NCBI GenBank assembly: GCA_951406725.2
Contig: OX597825.1
Location: 24,800,001 to 24,864,000, forward strand
DNA from: Octopus vulgaris
Taxonomy: Eukaryota
Reading direction: 5' to 3'
DNA length: 64,000 nucleotides
Part shown: positions 1 to 13,014 of the stretch, in pieces
Layout: each line of letters opens with the position of its first letter
Numbering within the stretch: the first letter of the stretch is position 1
Notes under the pieces: model-generated
What the model was told of the DNA's origin: nothing
The model's database searches: none
Seen by the model: the letters and a program-made list of their open reading frames with translations, nothing else
Translations under genes and position numbers: made by a program

Positions 1-170
1 TTGTATTTGTGAGTACAAATATGTATTTATACATACATGCTAGATGTGTTGAAACAATTGTCGTGATTAATAATAAATTCTCATATATTCCATCATCTGT
101 CTATATGTATATATATACATATAATTTCAACTATATATTATACATATATATATATATACATATCTATATA

Positions 171-344
171 CTTTATTTAAAAGCAGCAGAAATATAACAA
201 AAGCTGTTACTCAGAGTTTCACGTTCCCGTTCGTCAGACAGTTTTGTTAAGAGAAAATAAATTTTTAACAAAACTGTCCGACAAACGAGGTCATGAAACT
301 CTGAGTAACAGCTTTTGTTATATTTCTGCTGCTTTTAAATAAAG
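171..344. mobile_element. Fold-back (palindromic) Penelope-type terminal element; each arm carries a hammerhead motif
   Basis: Arms 171-250 and 265-344 are near-perfect inverted copies; homologous palindrome at 22398-22552. Confidence 0.65.
204..241 (-). ncRNA. Minimal type I hammerhead ribozyme with canonical core
   Basis: Minus strand: CUGU-CUGACGA-ACG(GGAA)CGU-GAAA-CUC(U)GAG-UA^ACAG; stems I, II and III all pair. Confidence 0.75.
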
Positions 345-489
345 CCAATTACTCATATTTATAGATAAATTCCTCTATTTACATAATATTGAGGTCTCAT
401 TCATTCTTTTGTTGTCATATTATTATTATTATTATTATATATATATATATAATAATTATTATTTGAGGAATAAAATCCAAACTTACAAG

Positions 490-815
490 GAAAAAGAATT
501 CAATTTAGAAATACTAAATCAAATTCCACACAATATAATATATATAAAATATTAGAAAAAAACCACCTTTTATCAATTCAAAATGAATAATTAAATTACA
601 CCATCTAGAAAATTACATATAATAGAAAAGTTAAAATTAAAATAACAATTAAAAAGTAAATATTAAGTAAATTTTATACATTATTCTAGTAATTTATTTA
701 ATCTTTACTTTTTAATTGTTATTTTAATTTTAACTTTTCTATTATGTGTAATTTTCTAGATGGTGTAATTTAATTATTCATTTTGAATTGATAAAAGGTG
801 GGTTTTTTTCTAATA
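490..815. repeat. AT-rich fold-back element in (TA)n
   Basis: attagaaaaaaaccaccttttatcaattc... inverted at ...gaattgataaaaggtgggtttttttctaat; homologues at 21795-22022 and 47456-47620. Confidence 0.75.
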
Positions 816-817
816 TG

Positions 818-870
<53 letters not shown>

Positions 871-2584
871 ACAAAAAATCCTGTGAAATCCTTGAAAGTA
901 GGGTCAGTAGATCCAGTGGTAATCTGAATAGAGTGCTTGTATGTCGATGAGGAGAGGTGCTGAAAGTTCAGGAAGTGGTTCAGAAATACAAGCCCAAAGT
1001 GTAGGAAGTTCAGGCAGGATCAAACTGGGGAAGTCATGTGAGCACATAATATATAGTTGAAATTTATAGAAAAACAAAAGGCAAAGAAAAGTGTATTAGT
1101 TTGATGTTCAGAAAAATGAAAAAGGCTTTTACATTTTGAGTCTACGCTCTTCAACAGAACGGAATAAGAGATAATAAACTGAGAGAGAATGCTGGACCAT
1201 TGAAATCTACATGTTTTTTCATTCTCTCTCACTTTATTTCCTCTTATTCCTTTCTGCTGAAGAGCATAGGCTTGAAACATAAAAGACCTTTTCATTTTCC
1301 CGAGTGTCAAACTAATACACTTGGTTGTTGTTCATACGCCTGTCTTCATCTTTTGTTTTACCATAAATTTCAACTATATATGTATATGTGTTTGTATATG
1401 TATATGTATATATATATTGTTATATTTCGGAATGGTCATTTTGCCAGTTTAGCCAATAAAAACACATGCACTAAATATTTGGTGTTACTTTGCTTCAATG
1501 TTATTTATTTTTTACATTAATCTTAATCTTATTTCAGCCAGAGTTCTTTCGTCACACTCCTGTGACTGCATCAGAGGACAGCTGCATCAAAAAAGGGCCA
1601 ATCTCTAATTGTGTAGGGAACATGTTGAAGGGTAGACAAAGTGATGACAAAGGATCTCCAGATGTTGAGCCTCACTGAAATTACAAGGGATCGAGACTTG
1701 TTAATTGGTGTGCTTGAGAAAAGGCATCAAGCTAAGTAAAACCACGGCCATCTACACTTATGGGACTGTCCCTTGCAGCCATTCTACTCGTTCCCTCTCC
1801 CAGCTGAGTGGATTTGGTAGACAGAAACTGAAAGAGACCCATCATATGTGTGTGTGTGTTTCCACCAACCCCACCATTACTTGACAACTGATGTTGGTGT
1901 GCTTATGTCCCCGTAACTGAGTGGTTTGGCAAAAGAGACTGACAGAATAAGTACTAGGCTTACAAAGGTTAAGTCCTGGGGTTGATTTGTTTGACTAAAG
2001 GTGGTGCTCCAGCATGGCTGCAAAAAAAAAAAACGTTGCCCTTTTCAAGCCTAACCAGGCTCATGGGCCCGGATTCCCGGTTTCTGTGGCATATGGGTTC
2101 CCTCCAGCTGGACAGGACACCAGTCCATCACAGCATTACTCAAGAAACAGGAAGATAGAGTAAGAGAAAGTTATGGCGAAAGAGTACAACAGGGGTCGCC
2201 ACCACCCCCTGCCAAAGCCTCGTGGAGCTTTTAGGTGTTTTCACTCAATAAACATACACAACGCCTGGTCTGGGAATCGAAACCATGATCCTCCGACCAT
2301 GAGTCCACTGCCCTGACCACTGGGCCATTGCGCCTCCACTGCACCCTTTTAAAGCCTAGCCAGGATCATGAGCCTGGTTTCCCGGTTTCTATGGCGTATG
2401 TGCTCCCCAGCTGGACGGGACGCCAGTCCATTGCGGCATTACTCATTTTTGCCAGCTGAGTGGACTGGAGCAATTTGAAGTGTTTTGCTCAAGAACACAA
2501 TGCGTCGCCCGGTCCAGGAATCGAAACCACAATCTTATGATCATGATGCTGACACCCTAACCACTAAGCCACGTGCCTCCACAC

Positions 2585-2642
<58 letters not shown>

Positions 2643-3376
2643 ATGCGCATAAATGTATATTTATTTATTTATATATTCAATTCATTTTAATAATTCGTTA
2701 CAAACTGCTGCATGTCTCACTCGTCTGATTTTATCATGAAATATGCTGTGGTTTATAACGAATCGTTAAAAATATTAAATAATAATTCTCAGTAATTTTT
2801 GTCTCCGTTATTTGTGAGTGGCTGTTAGTGATATTACAACAAATTCAAATATGTGTGTGTGTGTGTGTGTGTGCATAATCATATATGTATATACATTTAT
2901 ATACATGTACAAATATATATATTCATACATAGATACATGTACATATATATGTGCATGATTATACATATACATTCATTTATATATATATATATATATATAA
3001 TACTTATATATATGTATGAGTGTATGCATATATATATATATATATGTGTGTGTGTGCATATATTTATATATATATGTATGTATATCTATACACATATACT
3101 TTTTTTATACACACACACACACATATATATACGCATATATAAATACATATTTACATATGTGTATGAGTGTGTGTATAAATATATATATATACACATATAT
3201 ATGTATATCTATATATTTATGTGTGTGTGTATATATATATGTATGTGTGTATATATATGTGTGTGTATGTATGTATGTATGTATGTATGTATGTATGTAT
3301 GTATGTATGTATATATTTTTTATACACACACACATATATATATATGCATATATATATATGCGTGTGAGACTGAGAG

Positions 3377-3419
<43 letters not shown>

Positions 3420-3845
3420 ATAAGAGGGCATGAGAAAGATATCTCTTGATCAATGATGCCATTATGTTTATAAATTTAAATCATTATTTCAGAATTTCTT
3501 CCTGCTGTTGCTCACTTTTAATGTTCATAAATTATAAATCAATACGGACAAGTTGTCTGCTGTCTTCCAAATTAAGTTGCCAAAGAGAATTCAAAGCTGG
3601 AATTGAAGAGCTGATCTCATTCACCATTTGTCATGTATGCCTGAGCTATATTCAGTCGGAAAATGTACAGTATAGTCACTAGTACTTGGCATAAGATTAA
3701 ATGTTTGAAAATTTGTGTATTTTTACTTGTGTATGTTATAATCTGTGAAGATGTGTGGCCCAGTGGTTAGGGTGTTGGACTCATGATTGTCAGATCACAT
3801 GTTCAATTCCCAGACAGAGTGGTGTGTTGTGTTCTTGAGCACAAC

Positions 3846-6800
3846 ACTGTAGACACTGATCCTTGTCTTGTTCTTCAGGTTGTTATTGTGCCAAACATGT
3901 TTGTACAATCTGCCAAAGGAGCTCTTTGCCTTAGAGAGTCTATTGTCAATTTCCTTGTTGATGCTTGCATCGGATGAGATGATGCAGCCCAAGTATGTGA
4001 ACTGCTGTGTTGATTTCAGTTCGGTACCACAGAGAGTGATGCGGGGTGGGTGATATACCTCTTGGGATGCAGGCTGGTGAAGTACCTCTGTCTTCTTGAG
4101 GCTGACCGCTAGGCCAAAGAACCGCTAGGCCAAAGAACCGCTAGGCCAAAGAACCGCTAGGCCAAAGAACCGCGAGGCGTCTGCAAAGCAGGACGTGATG
4201 TGCTGCAGAGCTCGCTCTGTGTGGGCAACAAGAACAGCAGCATCCGCAAAGAGAAGGTCTTGAATCAAGGTCTTGGTGTGGGCTTGAAGGCACCATAGAT
4301 TGAAGAGGCTGACATCCAGACGGTACTTGACATACACCCCATCCCCATCTTCCAGATCTTCAGTTGCATGCATGAGCATCATACTGAAGAAGATGCTGAA
4401 GAGAGTCGGTGACAAGACACAACCCTGCTTCACGCTGTTGGAGATGGGGAAGGGCTCCAACAGGTCATCATTGAGTCTGATCTGGCCACACTGGTTCTCA
4501 TATAGCTGGACCACCATCTGTAGAAACTTGGAGGGACAACCAAGTCGTTCCAGGATGAGCCATAGTCTCGTCCTGCTCACTGTGTCAAATGCTTTTGTGA
4601 GTCTGCTCCCAGCAGCAGACAAGAAAATCATGGAGCTTGTCATATTGCGTCGGACCTCCATTCTTCCAGCTTTCTGGTGAGATGCTATCAACTCCTGCTG
4701 CTCTGTGACTCTTGAGTTGTCCTATGGCTTCAGTCATCTTTTCAAGGGTGGGTGGTTCGTCGAGCTCCTCTTTGAGTGGAAGTTGAGGAATGCGATGGAT
4801 GGCAGCATCCTGTATGGTATGGTTAGCACTGAAGAGGCTTTGGAAGTGCTAGGGTCAGTGAGCTAGGGCCAATGAGCGAGGATGGAAGTGTTATCAGAGG
4901 TCCTGTTCATCTGAACTACGCAGGGGACTCTGGACCTGGTGGATGGGGCCATACACTGCTTTCAGAGCCTCATAGAAGCCTCTATAGTCTCTGAGGTCAG
5001 TGCACAGCTGGGTTCTCCATGCCAGGTGGTCCCACCACTCATTCTGTATTTCTCTGAGTTTGCACTGTAGGATGCTGCATGCGCATCAAAAGGTAGCTTT
5101 CTTTACAGGACATGCTGGTTGTGTGAGGTGGGCCTGAGGAGCTGCCCTCTTCCTTGCTTGTAATTCCTGGATCTCCTTGTCCTTATCATCGAACCAGTCC
5201 TTGTTTTTCTTCTTTGTGTGCCCAAGAACGTCCTCAGATGTCTTAAGGATGGTTGATTTCAGGTTCTCTCAGAAGATGTCTGGAGTGGTGTCATCAGTGC
5301 AAGGGGAATCATCCAGCTTTTGCTGCAGGTCTGCTTGGAACTTGATTTTCACTTCTTCCCGACACAGGCTGCTGACATTGAGTTTATGGGGTTACCTTTC
5401 TTCTTGGGTTTGGGTTTGAGCTGCAGTTTGAGCTTGCAGCAGACAATGCGGTGATTGGTGTGGCACTCTGCGCTGGGCATCACTCTTGTGTGTAGAACAT
5501 CTTTCAGGTCCCGCTGGCATTCAAGCACATAGTCAAGTAGATGCCAATGTTTGGACTGAGGATGCATCCAAGTTGTTTTTAGACGGTCTTTCAGTTGGAA
5601 GATTGTGTTGGTAATAGCAAGTTGGTGCTCTGTGCAGAACATGAGCAGGAGGCGCCAATTGTCATTACAGCTACCAACGCCGTTTCTTCCAAGGATTTCT
5701 TTCCAAGCCTCAGAGTCTCTCCCAACTCTTGCATTGAAGTTGCCAAGGATCAGGACCTTGTCGTTTGCAGGGGTGTTGTTCAAGGGTCTGTGCAGATCAG
5801 AATAGAAGCTGTCTTTGTCTGCAGGATCTGCCAGTAGAGTTGGAGCATAAACACTGAAGAGCATGAGATGTTGTTTGCTCTCCAGTGGTAGGCGCATGGA
5901 TATGATGCAGTCCGAGTAGCCCGTGGGTAACGTTTCCAGTTTGGATGTGATGGAACTCCTCACCATGAGTCCTACACCCAACAGGCGTCTTCCAGATGAT
6001 GGTTTCCCAGACCAGAAGAGGGTGTAGCCAGCACCGCATTCTTTGAGGCTGCCCTTGTATTTGAAGTGGACCTCACTGAGAGCTGCTATGTCAATATTGA
6101 GATGGGAGAGTTCATGAGCTATGAGAGCCGAACAATGTTCTGGACAGCTGCTGTCAGCCTTGTCAAGCATGGTCCTGACATTCCAGCAGGCAACTTTCAA
6201 GTCCTGCTTACATTTTTCGGTTTTGTTTCCATGTTTGTTTGGCCACTCTGAAGATGCCCGTTGACCACTGCTAGCCAACTGGGTATAGAGGAGATGAACT
6301 TTGTTTAGGTGAACCTTTTCTACTACCCCTCTCCATGTGAAGCAAGCAGTGCTCTCTCTAAATAGGGCTGCCTGGTTGCTCAGGATGCTGCTGAGGGGTG
6401 TCATCGCCTCCGGGACGTCAACCAGGTGACCGAAGTCCTGAGCCGCCTATATGTAGGATCCAGACTGCGGCTTCGAGAGAAATCTTCCACCTGCCGCTTT
6501 TGCCCCATTCCCATCGCAGCAGAGCTTTTGGAATGGTTGGTCATAGAACATGGACGTGTCCTTTGGTCTGCACTGGGGAGTTTTAAAGTGAAGTGCAGTG
6601 CACACAAACTGGCCCCACCCTTTAAGCACAAAGTTCATCTGCCATGGCCTAGCAAGCTGGGATGGTGACAGCGAGATCCTCAGGCCGTAGGTTTGAAGTC
6701 AGAGTTACCCTCTCCTAGGCCAGTTGCCAACCATGGATGATGAGCCCCTCCTGCCCGTGCCATCGAAACCATGGTGAAAGAGGGAAAAGGATCCATGGTT

Positions 6801-6930
6801 TTCAGTAGGCGTATACTACTCGGTTGCCTAAGCCGAAGTAGGGGGTTAGCTTAGGAGACCCCGCCTGGAGCCTTTGACTAAAAAGTCTGTCCACAAGGCA
6901 GCGGAGCGAGATCAGGGAGTCGCATCCATT
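3846..6930 (-). mobile_element. Degraded RTE-clade (BovB-like) LINE: APE endonuclease plus reverse transcriptase with stops and frameshifts
   Basis: ORF 5349-6404 has CWNVRTM, DIAALSE, YTLFWSG, SVYAPT, GNFNARVG, TWMHP, LLDY. ORF 4125-4691 has LTKAFDTV, VKQGCVLSPTLF, LLFADA. The 5' boundary is approximate. Confidence 0.92.
4105..4173 (+). repeat. 16-bp tandem repeat (accgctaggccaaaga) x4.3 inside the RTE RT region
   Basis: Unit starts at 4105, 4121, 4137, 4153 and 4169. Confidence 0.9.
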
Positions 6931-7379
6931 GGGAGACGATGACTAGTAGACTAGTTCATACGTCTTTGCTTGGTCATTAACCAAACTGAGGTCCCAATGA
7001 TCCTGAAATTCCATTTGAGCCATTGACCAAGTGATTCTTCCACCTCTTCTGGAATACAATGCCTGGGGTGAGACAAGGGACAGTGACAGTACAATATGTA
7101 CATTATACATACATGCACACAGAGTTTGAAAGGCAATACACAAAATACATGCACACACACATACACATACATGCACAAACACTCCACACACACATTGTTG
7201 AATGGCCGTTGACTACGCTGTAGTTCCTCCGCCCTTTAACGGATCTTATTTTTTGTCCCGCAGGGTGTCCAAGAATCACCCGCCTCACCAAACAAGCCTG
7301 GTGGGGTTGCCAGTTTAGTTGCCGACAACCCAACCATGTTGTACTGGACAACATGGTACCAGTAGCACTCGAGAGCGAC

Positions 7380-7454
<75 letters not shown>

Positions 7455-7476
7455 GTATATAGATATATATACATAC

Positions 7477-7525
<49 letters not shown>

Positions 7526-7995
7526 TATTTCTTTACTACCCACAAGAGGCTAAACACAGAGGGGACAAACAAGGACAGACAAACGGATTAAGTGGATTAT
7601 ATCGACCCCAGAGCGTAACTGGTACTTAATTTATCGACCCCGAAAGGATGAAAAGCAAAGTCGACCTCGGCAGAATTTGAACACAGAACGTAATGGCAGA
7701 GGAAATATGGCTACGCATTTCACCCGGCATGCTAACGTTTCTGCCAGCTCATACACATATATATAATATATACATACATGTATGTATATATACATACACA
7801 TATATAAATGTGTATTTATAGGCACAGGATTGGCTGTGTTGTAAGTAGCTTGCTTACCACCCACATGGTTCTGGGTTCAAGTCCCACCATGTGGCACTTT
7901 GGATAAGTGTCTTCTACTATAGACTTGGGCCAACCAAAGCCTTTGCTAGACAGAGACTGAAAGAAGCCTGTCGTATATATGTATATATATGTATA

Positions 7996-8039
<44 letters not shown>

Positions 8040-9789
8040 GTTAGGAAGGGCATGGCGTTAGGAAGGGCATCCAGCTGTAGAAACATTGCCAGATAAGATC
8101 GGAGCCTGGTGCAGCCTTCTGGCTTCCCAGATCCCCGGTCGAACCGTCCAACCCATGCTAGCATGGAGAACGGACGTTAAACGATGATGATGATGATATA
8201 TATATATATGCATGCATGTGTGTGCATATGTCTGTGTTTGTCCCCCCAACATCGTTTGACAACCGATGCTAGTGTGTTTACGTCCCAGTGACCTAGTGGT
8301 TCGGCCTAAGAGGCCAATAGAATAAATACTAGGCTTCCAAAGAATAAGTCCTGGGGTCGATTAGCTCGACTAACAGGCGGTGCTCCAGCATGGTCGCAGT
8401 CAAATGACTGAAACAAGTAAGAGTAAAGTGAGTATACACACACACACACACACACACGCATATATATATATATTGCTAACCAACCACATGGTTCCGGGTT
8501 CAGTCCCACTGCGTGGCATCTTGGGCAAGTGTCTTCTGCTATAGCCCCGGGCCGACCAATGCCTTGTGAGTGGATTTGGTAGACGGAAACTGAAAGAAGC
8601 CTGTCGTATATATGTATATATATGTATGTGTGTGTGTGTTTGTCCCCCTAGCATTGCTTGACAACCGATGCTGGTGTGTTTATGTCCCCGTCACTTAGCG
8701 GTTCGGCAAAAGAGACCGATAGAATAAGTACTGGACTTACAAAGAATAAGTCCCGGGGTCGATTTGCTCGACTAAAGGCGGTGCTCCAGCATGGCCGCAG
8801 TCAAATGGATGAAACAAGTAAAAGAAAGTAAAAGAAAGAATATATATATAAACATACAAACATATGTATGCACCCACACACACGTTCGACAGGCTTCTTT
8901 CAGTTTCCACCAACAAAATCTACTCACAAGGCTTTGATCGCCCAAAAGCTATAGTAGAAGACATTTTCCCAAACTACCACACAATGGGATTGAACCTCGA
9001 ACCATGTGGTTCGAAAGCAAAACTTTTTACCATACAGCCACGCCTGCGCTTATAAAACTCGTACAGCCGCTCGTAGAGTGGGACCAAACCTCATTATCTT
9101 GACGTGACAGATGATGCTGTGTTCAGCCTCCTACATACATATATGTACCAACGTACGTGTGTGTATGTGCGTGTGTGTAAGACGGACAGCTAATCCAAAC
9201 GGGAAGCGAAGGAAACAATTGTGTGTAAGAAAGTCCTGTCTGAAACGAAGTGGAAATATAAAACAGTGAGCTGAAGACTGGTAGGAAAATTTCGCTGATG
9301 TGACGTAGCAAGGATTTATAATCAATAATCTATTGTTTCTGTTTGTTCTTTTTCTTTTTGTTTTGTTTTTGTTTTTACAGTGATTATAAAACTTCGCTAA
9401 ATGCAGGCCTTCTAAGTTTTACAGAGTTCTCTCCCTTATATCAGATTCCATCATCGAGAGCTTTTATTGTTGGTTTGGTTTTCAACAGACTGACAGATAG
9501 ATGGAGCGTATTGCCCATGTTCAGTCCACTGCAGGGCGGGAACTTCAGCGTGTTCTCTTCAGGACTTATTCTTTGTAAGCCTAGTACTTATTCTATCGGT
9601 GTCTTTTGGGAGGACAAACACAGACACACAAACATATACACAAACACATACATATATATATATATATACATGCATATATACGACGGGCTTCTTTCAGTTT
9701 CCGTCTACTCACAAGGCTTTGGTCGGCCCGAGGCTTTATAGTAGAAGACACTTGCCCAAGGTGGAACTGAACTACTTACCACATAGCGC

Positions 9790-9844
<55 letters not shown>

Positions 9845-9849
<5 letters not shown>

Positions 9850-10123
9850 ATCACGTGACCGACCAGACCATCAGATGTTGTTACACATCGCTGGTCACAA
9901 TGCGTTCGCATTGTTTTAGCCTTTGAATGACGCCACCCCGCTGGCCAAACGAGCAGGCCAACAGAAGAAAGAGCACAGCAGGGATCACCACCCCCTGCCG
10001 GAGCCTCGTGGAGCTTTAAGGTGTTTTCGCTCAATAAACACACACAACGCCCGGTCTGGGAATCGAAACCGCGATCCTCCGACCGCGAGTCCGCTGCCCC
10101 AACCACTGGGCCACCGCGCCTCC
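9845..10123 (-). mobile_element. tRNA(Arg)-derived SINE (Octopus OR-like); related copies at 2035-2340, 2345-2582, 24555-24750, 37560-37926, 43941-44325
   Basis: Head tggaggcgc..tggcccagtggtt (A box), gactcgcggtc (TCG anticodon arm), ggtttcgattccc (B box). Confidence 0.8.
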
Positions 10124-11577
10124 ATATATGTATATATATATATATATACGCACGCACGCATGTGTGTATGTATGTATGTATTCATGTATAACAGTAACTT
10201 AACGGTTTGGTAAAACAGTCCGATAGAATAAATATCAGGCCCTAGTTGTTTCGGTATGTTAACGTCCCTGTAACTTAGCGGTACGGCAAAATACACCGAT
10301 AGAATAAGTAACAGGTTCTAAGAAAAGAAAATGAAATGTATTGGGGTCGATTCATTCGATTAAAATGCTTCAAGGCGGTGCTCCAGCATGGCCGCAGTCT
10401 AATGACAAGTACAAGAATAAAAGAATAACAGTGTGTGAGGGTGGGGTTGTACGACGGGCTTCTTTCAGTCTCCGTCTACCAAATCCACTGACGAGACTTT
10501 GGTCGGCACCGTAGACATTGGACAGCATTGTAGAAGACGTTATACTGCACTTTAAAAGAAATCTGTCAACAGTGACAGGAAGTTCTTATTAAGGACACTG
10601 CGAGCATTTCGACTGGTCTTATGTCGGTTAAAGACTTGGGAGAAACAACAGCAGCAAGAATCTTGGCCATCCAAATATCACAGATTTTAACAATTGGATG
10701 CCATGGTGACATTTTGAAATGTCACACTTGTGTTTACTTCAAATTCATCGTTTAAACTAAGAATTTATCGTTTAAACTACTTATTTGATCGCCTTAGAAC
10801 TAATATTAGCTAGCTCACTTGATAAGCAGAATTGGGGTGTAACGATAAATATGATTAGGTACACAATATAATGAAATGTCGGAGTCAACAGTTGTAACGA
10901 TAAAAATTTGTTGTTATAATTGCATACTGTAGGAAGCAAAAGATGAACAATGCATGAAGTTTTAAGGAAATACCTTGCTTCAACGAGCAGGTTATGATAA
11001 ATCCAAAAGCATGCAAAGTAAAGTTTGAGTTTGTGTTCTCTTCATTGTTTAGTAGTAATTAAAGAGAGAGGTAGAATGATGTTGTAACAGAACAGAATTA
11101 GAGCAAAAGTTTGTATGAACTTGACGATGATGATGATGATAAATATTGATACCTAATCAATGAATTTTAATTAATCGTCTCTAACATATATGAAGCTAAG
11201 GCGGGTGAGACGGCAGGGTCGTTTACACGCCGAGTAAAATGCTTAGTGTCATTTCGTCCGTTTTTACGTTCTGAGTTCAAATCCTGTTGAGATAGACTTT
11301 GCCTTTCATTCTTTCAGGGTCGATAAAATATGTACCAATTGTTGAGCACTGGAGTCAATGTAATTGACTGATCCCCTCCCACGAAATTTCTGGTCTTGAG
11401 TAAAAAATTTCAGACCAATATATATATATAATGTGAAACTTTGTTCAACTTCAATCCTTCGTCATTTCGAAAACATGTTAATTTAAGACACAAAGTATGC
11501 AATTTGGGGACGAAACCCACGTCCCCAAATTGCTTACCTTGTGATACTTACTATTTTCTTAATATAATCTATTGAGA

Positions 11578-12095
11578 AGGCGGCGAGCTGGCAGAAACGT
11601 TAGCACACCGGGCGAAATGCTTAGCGGTATTTTCGTCTGCCGTTACGTTCTGAGTTCAAATTCCGCCGAGGTCGACTTTGCCTTTCATCCTTTCGGGGTC
11701 GATAAATTAAGTACCAGTTACACACTGGGGTCGATATAATCGACTTAATCCGTCTGTCTGTCCTTGTTTATCCTCTCTGCGTTTAGCCCCTTGTGGTCAA
11801 TAAAGAAATAGGTATTTCGTCTGCTGCTACGTTCTGAGTTCAAATTTCGCCGAGGTCGACTTTGCCTTTCATCTTTTTGGGGTCGATTAAATAAGTACCA
11901 GTTACGCACTGAGGTCGATATAATCGACTTAATCCTTTTGTCTGTCCTTGTTTGTCCTCTCTGTGTTTAGCCCCTTGTGGGTAATAAAGAAATGGGTATT
12001 TCTTCTGGGTTTACGTTCTAAGTTCAGATTCCGCCATGGTTGACAATCCCTTTCATCCTTTCGAGGTTGATTAATTAAGTACCAGTTCAACACTG
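11578..12095 (+). mobile_element. SINE with a Meta-domain-like core, internally tandem (about 2.7 units); other copies at 7529-7750, 18060-18288, 33738-34082, 37944-38175, 43437-43850, 49150-49655, 57737-57965, 61503-61735, 63000-63385
   Basis: Head aaggcggcgagctggcagaa, B-box-like gagttcaaattcc, core gtcgactttgcctttcatcctttcggggtcgataaattaagtacc. The Meta-domain assignment is from memory. Confidence 0.75.
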
Positions 12096-12448
12096 GAGTC
12101 GGTCAAATCGACTGCCCCCACCCCTCCGCAAAAATTTCGGGCCTTGTGCCTAGAGTAGAAAAGAATCGACTTCCCCCTCCACCAAGGCCTCAAACAGTAG
12201 CACAGTTGGTAACACGCTGAGCAATGATTAATTTCGTTGATTAATTTACGTCTGAGTTCAAATCCTGGCAGCTTCGAAATTGCATTGTATCCTACCGCTA
12301 CTCTGCAGAAAATACTTACTATGTCCAGTTCAATAGTATACAACAACTCCAATACATCGTCAGTGTGTGTGTGCATGTGTAGATACTAATTATATAATTA
12401 AATAGAAATTTATACATATATATATTTATGTATGTATGTATGTATATA

Positions 12449-12492
<44 letters not shown>

Positions 12493-12542
12493 TATACATA
12501 TATATATACACATATATATATACACATATATATACATATATT

Positions 12543-12598
<56 letters not shown>

Positions 12599-12699
12599 TT
12601 ATACACACGCTTTCCGTATACGTACGGAAAGCGTGTGTATAAAATTATAGAATTATTTTGTTTGTTAATTGTTTAAATTATTTTCCATTGCTTTCGTTT

Positions 12700-13014
12700 T
12701 AGCCTTCCGTATTTTCTACACGCGTAACAATTAATTTAATTTAACAATTAAGAAAAAAAAAATTTAGGGTTAGGGTTAGTGACAGGATGTTGTCTCAGTT
12801 TTAGACGCAGCAAATGATTTTAGCTCAATTAGAGGCGATTCATTGGTTAAAATTCGAAAAATTAAACTACGTTAAACAAACGAATTACAATTTTATCAAG
12901 AAAGCCAAGAGAAAATATGTTTTATTTTGACACATTCTACCAGTATATGAAGTTTTAAAGAGTTTAGTTAACTAAAAATTGTGTTGACATGTGCCGTTCA
13001 AAAGGAAAAGATCC
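12700..13014 (-). mobile_element. Partial copy of the TIR MITE at 59956-60377, containing (TTAGGG)n
   Basis: Shared internal sequence in reverse orientation; terminus gttcaaaaggaaaagatcc; ttagggttagggttag at about 12763-12779. Confidence 0.65.

Noticed and set aside
2853-3462. Long Y/I/C/V/H/T-rich ORFs (also 12319-12676, 13674-14033, 16027-16704, 32885-33673, 39813-40475, 42868-43545, 55598-56086)
   Set aside because: Translations of microsatellites, not genes
9343-9560. Strong polypyrimidine-cag acceptor with an open frame on the plus strand
   Set aside because: No recognisable protein and no partner exons found; the frame runs into a SINE
12763-12779. Telomere or chromosome-fusion relic
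   Set aside because: Fewer than 3 repeats and part of a MITE
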